DNA of 63,782 nt, filler included, from Octopus bimaculoides (GCF_001194135.2; 9 parts of 7 records of this genome joined end to end with filler, not necessarily neighbours in it), one strand, 5' to 3'. Positions 25,884-38,984 are shown, numbered from the whole stretch's first letter. Notes: generated by a model from the letters alone, not told the origin. Translations and numbers: made by a program.

Positions 25884-26276
25884 TAATAATGATGATGAAA
25901 ATAATTAGAATCATAATAATAATAGTAATAAAAATAATAATACCAACAGTGACTCCAACGAACTAAGGTACGCAAGCGCATGTGTGTCTGTGAGAATGGT
26001 GTGTTTGTTGCACCTTGTTTACCATTTTTGTCCTTGTTCTTTTGCCACGTCATGTACCCAGTTATGTATCTATATGTACATGTGGATGAACGTATATACA
26101 TACATGTACATATATATGCATATACTCATATATTGTTTATATATATATCTATATATATATATATATATATATATATNNNNNNNNNNNNNNNNNNNNNNNN
26201 NNNNNNNNNNNNNNNNNNNNTTAATTAATTAANNNNNNNNNNNNNNNNNNNNNNNNNNNNNNNNNNNNNNNNNNNN

Positions 26277-26465
26277 ATTTGGCAGAGTTTCTACAGCTGG
26301 ATGCCCTTCCTAACGCCAACCACTCAGAGAGTGTAGTGGGTGCTTTTACGTGTCACCCGCACGAAAACGGCCACGCTCGAAATGGTGTCTTTTATGTGCC
26401 ACCCGCACAAGCCAGTCCAGGGGCGCTGGCAACGATCTCGCTCGAAAATCCTACAGGAGCCAGTC
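26277..26465 (-). mobile_element. SINE family D, truncated by the scaffold end
   Basis: Nearly identical to the reverse complement of 31788-31981. Confidence 0.8.
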
Positions 26466-26971
26466 ATATATATATATATATAATATGATAAATGCGAAAA
26501 CTAATTTCTGTGTGTCAGTGTGTCACACTTAGACCCTCTCTCTCACTATTCAATGACACTCCTACTTTTCCTCATGATGGGGTGAGAGTAATAGTAAGCA
26601 TAGAGATGGTGAGGGCGGTGGCAAAGACAGAGAGAGAAAGAGAAAGAAAAAGAGAGGGAGACAAAGAAATTTAGGCTGAGTTGGTGATGCTTTATTAAAA
26701 GTAGTAGTGTTGATGGTGGTAGTAGAAGTAATAATAAAAGAGAGAAAGAGTGGGTATGTGAGAGAAAGAGGGAGACAATGTACAACTTTGTTTAACCATG
26801 TCTCTTTGACAAATTCTTATCGCCAACACACCGAACTCTATCGTTTTAGTCTTATTCTTTGCTTTCTTTAATACATACACGCATACATATATATATATAT
26901 ATATATATATACATACATACATATAAAAAAGACACTTTAATTGAAATAAAGTTTCCCCCAAATTAAACATA

Positions 26972-27655
26972 TCTAATATAAATAAATGTGAATGTCAGTA
27001 TGTCACACTTTTTCAACTTTAAAAAATCCTTTCTACTGGAAGCACTAGGCCTCAAATTTTGGGGAAGGGATTAAGTCGATTACATCAACCCCATTATGTA
27101 ATTGGTACTAATTTTATCGACCTCGAAATGATGAAAGGCAAGGTCACACTTTTTCAACTTTACTCCCAGAGGCCGTAGCCCAACATATCATACCATTTTG
27201 GAATCAGGCTGATGCTGTGAGTAAATTAAAAACATTCCAGGCAAAATCCAGACCACAATCCTAAAATTTTGGATTCCCAAGTTTTCGTCACTGCGATTGT
27301 TTTAGGCTATTTTTTATGTGACTTTTTGCCACAAATTTTTTTATATGTTAACAATTTTTATACCCTAAAGGCTAACTCTGTGAGTAAATAAAAACATTCT
27401 GGGCTGAATCGGGACCTACAATCCTGAAATTTTGGATTCCTATGTTTTCATTACTGTTTGTTTCAGGTGATTTTTTTTACATGATTTCCTGCAACAAATA
27501 TGATCATCATTGGGATATGACTCTGGAGGAAGCAATTGCAACAAATTCTCCCAAACAAGTCAGAGATTTGTTTGCAGATCTTCCCATTCAGGGTCAGTTG
27601 CTTAAAAGCTACATACTATCTTAAAAGCCACCCAATAGGGTGGCTTTTAAGCTAG
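26972..27655 (+). mobile_element. Complete non-autonomous Helitron
   Basis: 5' end A|TC and 3' end CTAG|T. A 14-bp hairpin CTTAAAAGCCACCC-aata-GGGTGGCTTTTAAG lies at 27620-27651. An internal RepHel-like peptide reads DHHWDMTLEEAIATNSPKQVRDLFA. Confidence 0.8.
27021..27142 (-). mobile_element. 5'-truncated family A SINE nested in the small Helitron
   Basis: Flanked by the 19-bp direct repeat GTCACACTTTTTCAACTTT (27002-27020 and 27143-27161). Confidence 0.8.
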
Positions 27656-27750
27656 TATATATATATATATATATATACACACACAGCACTTGGCACTGGT
27701 ATCAAGTATTCAGTTGTAGCTATAGCAGATCATAGATCTGATACAATATT

Positions 27751-27963
27751 CTTTTCTACTCTAGGCACAAGACCCAAAATTTTGAGGAAGGGGGCTAGTC
27801 GATTAGATCGACACCAGTACGCAACTGGTACTTAATTTATTGACCCTGAAAGGATGAAAGGCAAAACTGACCTTGGCGGAATTTGAACTTAGGACATAAA
27901 GACAGACGAAATACCGCTAAGCATTTTGCCCGGCGTACTAATGTTTCTGTCAGCTCACTGCCT
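27751..27963 (-). mobile_element. Family A SINE with target-site duplication
   Basis: TSD TAGATCTGA(T/C)ACAATATT at 27733-27750 and 27964-27981. Confidence 0.85.
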
Positions 27964-28504
27964 TAGATCTGACACAATATTAAAATAAGAAGAATCACAT
28001 CTTCAACTCACACACGTGTATGTGTGTGTGTGTGTGTGTGTATACATATATATTCTTTTAATTTTGTTGTTGCTATTATTTTTTTGATGCTATTTTTGGT
28101 GAATAATATACCTGTCTAGGGAATTCCCTTGGGAATTTCATGACCAGTTTGATCAGTAAACATTTCAGGTTTTTTTTCTATTTACAATTTCTTCCTTGTT
28201 CTTGAGAAGAAAATATTTTTTTGTTCACAAAACTAACTGACTGTGATATTATTCCTTCCTTTAGTTGTAGGGAGGTTAAGCACCACTGACTGTTTGAGTC
28301 TGACAAGTTGTCTATATGGCAAAGTGCTTTATAGGCGTGAAACCAATGGTCACTGTATGACTGGCCAAAATAATTAACATCCTAAAACAATACATTACTG
28401 CTCTAATGTCATGCACACTATTTGCAGAGTTTGCATAATGTGTTCTATAGCTGTACCGCTGACTGTGCGCCTCAACATAACCATGAAAGCTACTGTCTAT
28501 TGGA

Positions 28505-29960
28505 TACTATGGTGCTATATAATTTCAGTTATTCAACCAAAAACATACCCACAACATCAAATGAACTTTACATAAAGATGCTGCTTGAAAAGATTATCAA
28601 TCTCATAAGACAGATGAGATGGAAGACATACTTCAACAACCAACTCATGCCATTCCCAGAATCAAAGACCTTGAAGTCTTTGAAGTATGACCTACTGGGC
28701 ATCATCCCCAAACTGAAATTCTGTAAGTCCTCTAGCTCATTTCAGCACAAACTTCCATTCTGACTTATGATTGCTAAAAAACTCCTTATTCTTCTCCAAC
28801 TAAACTAAAAGCCTACATAGGGTAGACACACACTCATACAATGGGCTTTTAGAAGATGATATAACACAGGAATATCGATACATTTCCCTACATACAACAA
28901 CATTAACAGTGAAACCAAACAGTTAACCAACTGGGTAGAAGTATTAGCTAAAAGGAATGCCTTCATCAAGGACTATAAACCAAACTCTGCCTCTAACCCC
29001 AAGTGCTGCCTGATCAACTTGGCCAAATAAGAGATTGGTCTGGCGAGCAAACATATCAAGAAAAGTCAACGATGACATAAGTGAGGGTTTCCAATCTCTC
29101 CTTATGGCATAGCACTAATGAAGTCACTTCATGGTTTAAAACTAACCAGGTAGGGTAAGGTTCACCCAATTTGATATAGCTGATTTTTACCAATTCATAT
29201 CAAAAGGGCTGCTGGTCAAGGCACTTGCTTTCACTAGGGGCTTCACTGACATTGGTGACAAAGACATTGACATAATTATGCAGGCCAGGAAAACGTTGCT
29301 GCTTAATAAAGGTTTGACCAGGGTCAAACAAATTGACCTGGTGGACTCTTTTGATGTGACAATGGGAGCCTACGACTGCGTTGACATATGTGACTTTATA
29401 GAGCTGTATATTTTAGATACCTAAAAGAAAGGGTTCACATCAATTCTCTTTGGTTACTGTAGAGATGATGCTCAGGCCATCTCTAGAGGAGCTAACAATC
29501 ATAGTCTTGATAGGCTTAGGAAGGACTTAATTAGCACTCTTAGTCCCATGTGACTTAAGATAACAATCAAGATCAACCTCACCATTGTAAACTTTTTAGA
29601 TGCTACATTAGACCTGAGCTCTTGTTCTTGCTGACCCTACTGCAAACCAAATGGGAGGCTATCTTATATCAACACAACCTCTTACCACCCACCTGTCATG
29701 TTCAGGAATTAAGTGAAGGGTGTCAGCAAAAGGGTCTTGAACTTGTCCTCAAGTCGAGAAATTTTTTCATGCCACAGCTCCTTATTGCAAGGAGGCACTG
29801 GTGTCCAGTGGGTTTAAGGACTGTATCTCCTATATGCCAGGCCCTGGTACCTGCAAAAGGAAGCACCACTGTAATGTCATTTGGTTTGCCCCATCCTTCT
29901 CTCTCAATGTTAAAACATGCAAAAATTTTCCTTAGATCGGTGGACAAACACTTAACTTCC
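28505..29960 (+). mobile_element. Penelope-like element 1, decayed N-terminus and RT
   Basis: Motifs YNFSYSTKNIP...RQMRWKTYF, QFDIADFY, FDVTMGAYD, YCRDD, VNFLDATLDL, PYCKPN and NVIWFAPSFSLNVK, with many stops and frameshifts. Confidence 0.9.
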
Positions 29961-30019
29961 ATTTTTTTGTAATTTTTAAATTTTCTGTTTGTAATGTTCC
30001 TTACTAAGAATAGGGCATC

Positions 30020-31345
30020 ATCCCTGTATAGACTTCATACATTTTTTAAGCACCAAGGACCATCTATATCAACTGAAAAAGATAACATCTCTGTAAACTT
30101 TCTTGATGATAACTTCAACCTTAATACTTGTATCTACCAACCTTATCATAAACCCAACACCAACATTAGATGTATAGATGCAAACAGTAACCATCCACAT
30201 AAGAGTATAGCAAACCTTAGTACAAACATAGAGAAAAGAGTCAATTATCTATTTTCTAATGAAGAAGTATTTAATAAACACAAAGACTATTACAATATAG
30301 CACTTAACAAAGCAGGATATAAGTATGAAATTAGATACAATAGGAACTGCAACACTACTAAAAATCATATTAAAAATACATAAATAATAATGTTAAGAAT
30401 AGAGACTTAGACACCTATAAAGAAATATGATATCCTTGTAATGAAAATATGAAAAGTCTCAACACCAATCACAAATATAACAAACATGTTAAACAGGCTA
30501 ATTATAATAATAAAAAAATTAAACTAAATCATGATGAGCATTATACCAAAGACATAATAATTATCATTCTTCTAATCACACTAATGAAAATAAACCCAAA
30601 AGTAATGCTTGCATAAATAACAACTATATAATAAAAGATATGAATAAGAACATAAAGATAACCAAAAAGAAAAATATAAATAGACAGAGTACGATTATTA
30701 ACAATAACGATAATAATAACTATAATAATAAAATTAATAATGATAATAAAAACATAGTTATAAAGAAACCAATACCTTTTCAGGATAATATTTTCATTTA
30801 ATTATAGGAAACTAGGTCTATTCTATGAAAAGCATACAAAAATAAAAAAGTAGAACATAATGGTACAAATAACAATATAAATACCCCTACTAACTACAAC
30901 CCATATAAATCAACAAACACCCCATTAACTACACACAATAATTGTAATTGTAGAGACCCAAATGCATGTATGTTAGACAGAGATTGTAAAAGAAAAAAAA
31001 TGTAGTATACCAAGCAATAATCATAACACAAGTTTCTTCAAACTCCCATTATATCGGATGTTCACAAAACTGGATCAAATCATAAATAGCAAACCATGAA
31101 TCAACATTTAGGGACTAAAACAAAATGAATAGTACTGGACTCTCAAAAAAAATTTGGCACTCAAAAAAACAATACCAACTTCATAATTAAATGAGAAATT
31201 CTAACATATGCACCTTGTTACAAAATTAACAATAAATTCTATAGATTATGCCTGGACGAAAACTATAAAATAATGAATATGAAAGGGAACCTAGTTAATA
31301 TGAGAGATGAAAACGTTTTTTCATGTAAACACATGACAAAATACC
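30020..31345 (+). mobile_element. Penelope-like element 2: RT C-terminus, Asn-rich linker and GIY-YIG endonuclease remnant
   Basis: ISVNFLDDNFNLNTCIYQPYHKPN...SNHP, then CNCRDPNAC, YIGCSQNWIKS*IANHESTF (about 31050) and closing CLDE...SCKH motifs. Confidence 0.88.
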
Positions 31346-31429
31346 TTTTTATTAATCTAAAATAACAATTATAATATTATTTAATATTACACTTAAACTT
31401 CAATCCAATTTTTTAAATATTACCATTTA

Positions 31430-31740
31430 ATACTTTTCGAGCGGGATCGTTGCTGGTGCCCCTGGGCTGGCTCTTGTGCGGGTGACACATGAGGTTTCTC
31501 GAGCGAGATGAGCGTGGCCTTTGCCAGTACCGCCTGACTGGCCTTCGTGCGGGTGACACGTAAATGCACCCACTACACTCTCTGAGTGGTTGGCTTTAGG
31601 AAGGGCATCCAGCTGTAGAAACACTGCCAAATCAGACTGGAGCATGGTGTAGCCATCTGGTTTCACCAGTCCTCAGTCAAATCGTCCAACCCATGCTAGC
31701 ATGGAAAGTGGACATTAAACGACGACGACAATACGTACAG

Positions 31741-31781
<41 letters not shown>

Positions 31782-32046
31782 TATACCGCCTGACTGGCCT
31801 TTGTAGGGTTTTCGAGCGAGATCGTTGCCAGTGCCCCTGGACTGGCTCTTGTGCGGGTGGCACATAAAAGACACCATTTCGAGCGTGGCCGTTTTCGTGC
31901 GGGTGACACGTAAAAGCACCCACTACACTCTCTGAGTGGTTGGCGTTAGGAAGGGCATCCAGCTGTAGAAACTCTGCCAAATTAGATTGGAGCCAACCCA
32001 TGCTAGCATGGAAGGCGGACGTTAAACAATGATGATGATGATGATG
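31430..32046 (+). mobile_element. Two tandem family D SINE copies separated by (TA)n
   Basis: Each ends in CCCATGCTAGCATGGAA...GTTAAAC followed by (GAC/GAT)n. Confidence 0.8.
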
Positions 32047-32454
32047 AGACATCCTCTTTAAAATATGAAATACATATAGTTTCATGTATAAGATTAGACT
32101 ATATTCTCAAGTTATATTTATAACTTCTTTCTGACAGCACATCTAGTCAAACTAAACACCTGGACCATGGATTCTAGGTATTTGTATGTCTATATGTGAA
32201 GATGTATAATTTCTATGATATATTTTTAACTTTGATGTGTAAAAATTTTTTTATATTTTCTTATATATCTTTTTATATTTTTTAACATTTTTACATATAT
32301 ATACACATGTATGTATATGTATGTATGCATATGTATATAAGTGTATAGATGTATATATATATGTGTGTATATATATATGTATATATTGTACATATATCTA
32401 TATATATGCCTCTATTCTATTTTTATATATACTGTTGTATGTATGCCTTGGAAA

Positions 32455-35400
32455 CAGAAGCTTCATCAAATTTTAATGTTGTCATTAATGCTCAGAAAAG
32501 ACCATCTAGGCAACATGCAGACTGTTACAATGCACCCACATACAATGAAATAGCTGTACTCTTTCACAGTGAACAGCACAATCCCAGAGACACTGGCCTC
32601 AGGCAACATGACACCACCCTCCAACGTATTAGTGAAATGCACCGATCCTACGATATGCTTCAATATCCACTTCTGTTTGTTAATGGTGAGGATGGCTACC
32701 ACATTAGTATACTACAGCAAGATCCCCAAAATCATAATGAACATCTCAACAAGCCAGTATCCTGCATGGACTTCTACGCATGCCGATTTATGACCCAAAA
32801 CAACTGCTGCAATCACCTCCACCAGTCTTGAGAGCTGTTTCATCAATTTGCAGTCAATATGTGTGCAAAAATGGAATCAGAGAGATTGTGTTTCATCAGG
32901 TTACATAAAAAAAAAATTGCACTCTGACAGCTACATCCATCGCTGAGATGCCATCAACAATGATGCTGCTCCAACAAGCCTAGGAAGAGTTTGTAGCTTG
33001 CCTTCCACATTCACTGGAAATCCCTGATATATGCACGAAAGAACACAGGATGCAATTACCTTTTTCCATTACAGCAGGTCTGACTTGTTCATAACTTTCA
33101 CATGCAGTCCCAAGTGGAAGGAGATTCAGGCCGAACTCACCCGAGTTTTCCATCAGAAGTTAATGACTCTTATGGAGCTCATGAAAAAGAAAAGGGCAAG
33201 TCTTTGGACCCGTACAATGTGACACGTACACAATCGAATGGCAAAAAAAGGAGCCTTCCACATATCTTGCTTTGGCTCTCAACAAAGATCAAATCCACTG
33301 ACATCAGCAAGATAATCTCTGCAGAGCTTCCTGATCCAGCTGTAGACAAAGTACTGTACGAAAGAGTTAAAGCAAACATGGTGTATTGTCCATGTGGGCA
33401 TGGCTTCAACATAAACTCACCATGCTTGAAAGACAGCATATGTTCAAAAAGGTTTCCAAGGAGGTTCCTAGAAGAAACTCAGACAGGTGCTGATGGGTAT
33501 CCATCATACAGGCAGAGAAAACCAGAAGACGGCAGTTTCACAGCAACTATTGGACAGCATGAGGTTGATAATAGATGGATTGTTCCCTACTGCCCACTCC
33601 TGTCAAAGACTTTCAATGCCCACATCAGCATTGAGTTTTGCAACTCCGTTACGTCCATGAAGTATGTTTGTATGTATGTGAACAAGGGTTCCGGCACTGT
33701 AATGTTTGGACAAGAACACTGCCAGGATGAGGTGACGCACTACCAGGTGGGAGGGTACATAAGTAGCAATGAGGCTTTCTGGGGCATTCTTGGCTTTCCA
33801 CTTCATCAACGACACCCCGCCATTCAACAGCTTGCAGTTCACATGGAAAATGGTCAAAGGGTGTACTTCACTGATGCTAATGCTTCTCTGTTGGCAGAGG
33901 AACCAAGGGATAGAATGCTCACTGCATTCTTCAAGCTTTGTCAAGTTGATCTATTCACTCAAACCTTGCTGTATCCACAGATTCCATCGTACTACACTTG
34001 GAATGGAAAAAAATGAGCCCCAAGGAAAGCAGGTCAAAATGTTCATGGATACCCTGGCATTAAGTTTGACACTTGCCTTGGGTGAGTATACACAGTGCAT
34101 CCCACTCAACACGAGTGCTTCTACCTCTGTCTACTACTGCATGAGGTCAGAGGGCCAACATGTTACCAGGCCCTAAAAACTGTTCATGGACATGTCTGTG
34201 CAACATACAGAGAAGCCTGCTATCGACAAGGTCTGTTAGAATATGGTGCACAATAGGATGCAACTTTGCGAGAGGCTGCTTTATCAGAATCACCTAAAAG
34301 TCTCAGGGCACAATTTGCAGTATTACTACAGACATGCGAACTGTGTGATCCTGCCTCTCTATGGCTCAAATACAGAGACAACCTGGCTGAAGACTTTAAG
34401 CTGCAAGATCAACTGTTCTATCCTGACATGGAGCGTATCAGCGATAAAGTCTACAACAAAACTCTCATTGACATTGAAGACAGAACTGTACACTGGGTGG
34501 AAATGAATTGTCCACATATGGCCTGCTACAAACATTCAGGTCAGGGTCAAATAGCCTTCCCACTGCTGTCATTCATGAAACATCCTATGACACTCAAGTG
34601 CTTTCAAAGCACATTGTTGAAAACAAGCCAAAATTATTTCTAGACCAGCCTACAGAACTATTCTTAACAGTGTATGCCAACACGAGGGGGGAATCTTCTT
34701 CCTAGATGCTCCTGGAGGGACAGGAAAAACATTCATTACGAAGCATCTCCTTGTAGAAGTTAGGCAGCACCAAGACATCACAGTAGCTGTGGCTTCCTCT
34801 GGGATTGCAGCTGCTTTGTTACCATGGCAGGATAGCGCACTCGACTTTTAAACTCCCTCTCAATTTAGTAGTATCCGAGATGCCTTCATGCAACATCAGC
34901 AAAAGCTCAGATCAGGGGCAGGTCCTTAAAAGGTGTCATCTAATTGTCTAGGATGAGTGCACCATGGCTCACAAGGGAGCTTTGGAAACATTAGATAGAG
35001 CCCTGAAAGATACCCGAGACTATCAGGCTCCAATGGGAGATGTAACGCTTCTGTAATCAGGTGATTTCAGGTAAACTCTTCCTGTCATTCCGAAAGGCAC
35101 TAGAGAAGATGAGGTCCAAGCAAGCCTAATGTTCTCTACCCTGTGGCATCATGTTATGATCCTGAGTCTTAACACTAACATAAGAGCTGAGCTACATGGC
35201 GACCAAATGCCCGCAAAGTTTGCACAGGACATTTTGACACTTGGTGATGGCAAGGTGCCTTTCGGTGCTGCAGGACAAATAGAAGTGTGGCTATTTTCCT
35301 CTATTGTTAAATCTGTGGATGAGCTCAAACACAGTCTTTCCCAACTTCAAAGAAAACTACAAAAATCACAATTGGATGTGTGAAAAAGCAATATTAGCTC

Positions 35401-36014
35401 CAAAAAATGTTACTGTTAAAAAAATAAATCAATAGCTAATGCATTTTCTTCCTGGCGCTCTTCACACTTACAAGTCTGTCAATACAATTTCAGATCAAAA
35501 TGAAGTGGTGAACTATCCTCCTGAATTTGTCAATTCGTTTGAGTCTCTTAGACTACCTCCCCACATATTAGTACTTAAGGTTGGAACTCTTGTAATGCTA
35601 CTCCGCAATTTGTAACCACCAAGACTTTGCAATGTTACACGACTGGTGATAAAGAAAATGATGTCACAGGTTATCGAGGCTATCTTTCTTTCTGGATGTG
35701 GAAAAGGTGATGACGTCTTTCTGGATGTGGAAAAGGTAAGGACATCATCAACTTTTCTACATCCTCTTACTCCATCAGGAGCAGAAATTCCATTTACATT
35801 CAGAAGACTGCAATTCCCCCTTCATGTCACTTTTGCCATGTCCATTAACAAATCTCAGGGTCAGACTCTCTCTGTAGCTGGTCTTCTCTTGGAAGAGCCC
35901 TGCTTCTCGCATGGACAACTGTATGTTGACAGCTCAAGAGTGGGAAGCAAAAGAAACCTCTTTGCATACACTCCAGAAGGAAAAACAAGGAACATTGTTT
36001 ACGAGGTGTTATAA
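32455..36014 (+). mobile_element. Decayed autonomous Helitron (HUH Rep plus PIF1-like helicase)
   Basis: Rep motifs HRSYDMLQYPLLF, DLFITFTCSPKW, RSLPHILLWL, VDNRWIVPY and KYVCMYVNKG. Helicase motifs FLDAPGGTGKTF, VASSGIAA, DECTM, GDFR and FAMSINKSQGQTL...CFSHGQLYV. Multiple stops and frameshifts; termini not identified. Confidence 0.95.
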
Positions 36015-36159
36015 TCACAACAGCCAGGAGGTATCTACATGATCACCTTTTTTTTACCAAACTTCATGTACTTTTATGTATGTATATTGATATACATATA
36101 TATATGTGTATGAATAGGTGTATGCATTTGGATGTAATATAATATAATAGACCCTCAAA

Positions 36160-36746
36160 ATGAATACTGCTGGTAAAATGGAGCTGATAAGGATGGACTC
36201 ATCGCTTAAGGACATACCTATCCCACCTAAAGGCACATATGTTAAGGAACTAATCTNNNNNNNNNNCACCTAAAGGCACATATGTTAAGGAACTAATCTT
36301 AAGAATAAATGAATTCATTCATAGAATACGCTGGAGGATACATCACCAGGATAGAAAGACTTCCCAGTTTGACCCAGAAACTCTTAACGATCACCCCACC
36401 AGAAATATCAACAATAGCAGCGAAATACGAGAACTCACTAAACATATCTTCAAATCTAGAAAAGCACCACCAGCCAACAAACACTTGGACGGGTTCGAAC
36501 AGGAACTATGGAACATAGTGAAAAACATCAAGTTCAAGAACCACCCCCTCAGGCATAACCCTTACCAGAGAAGACTGAAAGAACTACTAAGAACACTGGA
36601 TACCAAAAATGGTATCCTTACACACTCGGACAAAACGGGGAACTTATATAATGTAGATACTGACACATACCACGAACTGATACATAGGGAAATGATAAAA
36701 AAATATAAAGTTGTACCTAGCACCACTCTAAGAGAGTTAAACTTAG
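36160..36746 (+). mobile_element. Penelope-like element 3, open N-terminal ORF running into the scaffold end
   Basis: MNTAGKMELIRMDSSLKDIPIPPKGTYVKELILRINEFIHRIRWR...THSDKTGNLYNVD is stop-free once the 33-bp duplication around the 10-N gap is collapsed. Confidence 0.85.
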
Positions 36747-36938
36747 NNNNNNNNNNNNNNNNNNNNNNNNNNNNNNNNNNNNNNNNNNNNTTAATTAATT
36801 AANNNNNNNNNNNNNNNNNNNNNNNNNNNNNNNNNNNNNNNNNNNNATATATGTGTGTGTGTATGTATATATACACACATATATTTATACACATGTGTAT
36901 ATGGATGTGTAAATATGACGCCTTCACCATGCTTGTAA

Positions 36939-36973
<35 letters not shown>

Positions 36974-37703
36974 CCTCTGTGTGAACGCGCGCCATATTTA
37001 CGTATTTTTTTCCTTTCGCTCTTTGTGTCTCGACGTAATTGCGTATGTTTATATATGCATCTCTGTTTCAGCGTATTTCCAACCATGTTTTGAGTATTTA
37101 CGGCTGATATCTGTGATTATAGCAAATAAGTAAGTAAATAAATAAATAAATAAATAAATGAATTTTAAAAAATATTTTTAAAAAATATATTTCAATACAA
37201 AACATTAATAGCAAATCGGACGGTAGGGAATTTACAATAAACAATTTGAAGTATATTGTTTCTGAAGGGACGTGACAGGATCATACTCTTATTTTTTCAG
37301 GAAATATGGGAATTTCAATTTATCTATTTTTTCTAGACAAATTCTAGTTGCGTGCCGGATCACTCCTTGTGTTTTCTCTCTTTTTAGCTCTCTTGTTGTT
37401 TGTGTTTTGTTTTTGTGGAAGAAAAATAGATATTTTGAATCAAAACTGAGACCCGTTCTGTTTTGATTTGTTTTATATATTTTTTTTCTTTAATGTATCA
37501 GGAAGTTTATCCTCATTGTTATATTGAAAAGTATCCCCTCTTTACGTCCACCTTTTTACCCCACCCCACCCCTCTACTTTCTCACCGTAATCATCTTCAG
37601 TATCATTAACATCATCATTTTGACGTAACAGCGAAGGAACTTATTTTCTTTATTTTAATGAGAACCACAACAACAACAACAATAATGATAATAATAATAA
37701 TGA

Positions 37704-37799
37704 GAAGAAGAAGAAGAAGAAGAAGAAGAAGAAGAAGAAGAAGAAGAAGAAGAAGAAGAAGAAGAAGAAGAAGAAGAAGAAGAAGAAGAAGAAGAAGAA
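37704..37799 (+). repeat. (GAA)n microsatellite, about 32 units
   Basis: Read directly from the sequence. Confidence 0.95.
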
Positions 37800-38390
37800 A
37801 TATTCAGAACACAATGTGGATTATAATGTTGATGTATCAGGTGATAATAATAATTGTTACTTTTATTTATGGGTTTTTCCCCTTGTTGTTGCTGTTGAAC
37901 GTACGAGGTGTCAGTCGTGTATTGACATCGCTCCCCAATATTGCGCATTGTAATTTTGCTCTATAAAACTATAACAGTTTTCAAAGTTAGCTTTCGCTTT
38001 TCTTTTTCTTTTTGTGTTTTCATAAATACTTACATTTGTTTTGAACATACTGCTTAGATTATTTGTTTGAAAAAAGGTGAGATTTACTGTTATCTTCTCT
38101 CTCTTTCGTTTTCTCTCTCGGTTTTTCTACTGCTTCCTCTCACACCTATTTCGCTTCATCCTATCCTTTTTCTTCCTTTCTCTCTTTGTCCCTGTCTTTC
38201 TCTCTCTCTCCCTCTCTCTGTCTCTCCCTCCTTCCCTCACCTTCGCATTTAGGGACAAAATTAAGCAGACATATTTTCATAATTTAAAGTATTCCCAACG
38301 TGAAACATATATTGTCTACGGAAGGGCGTATGTATGTAAACGTGTACCTATTTATACACATACATAAGCACGCGCGCCCATATATCTGAA

Positions 38391-38425
<35 letters not shown>

Positions 38426-38931
38426 NNNNNNNNNNNNNNNNNNNNNNNNNNNNNNNNNNNNNTATATATATACAAACAAATACATACATACATGGGTAGA
38501 GGACGTCACCAAACAGTAAACAACATGAAATACGAAAACAAATGAGTTCAATACGCAACCAACGAGAGAAACAAATGGCAAACAGGACAAGTAACATGAA
38601 GAACGACCCATCGTCATTTGTCGGCTGTCTATCTACTCCTCATTTCGAGCATTGAATGGTAACCCATACGTGCCAAAATAAAATTTGGGACTTATGGACG
38701 GTCAAAGTTGGGAACAAGAACAGGACAGTGAAGACAAACAAGAAAACCGAACGAAAACAAACATGGACGGTCGTTTGACCAGAACGATGGTAAAAATACC
38801 GAACGCTGGAGAAATCTTTTCTTTGACAAACAGACACACGTACACGCGTACACACACACATACCCATATATATAAATATGTATATGCATATATACATGTA
38901 TTTATATATATGTGTGTGTTTGTGTGTGTAT

Positions 38932-38984
<53 letters not shown>

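Noticed and set aside
36224-36299. 33-bp direct repeat around a 10-N gap
   Set aside because: Typical overlapping contig ends. Collapsing it restores the PLE reading frame, so it is an assembly artefact.
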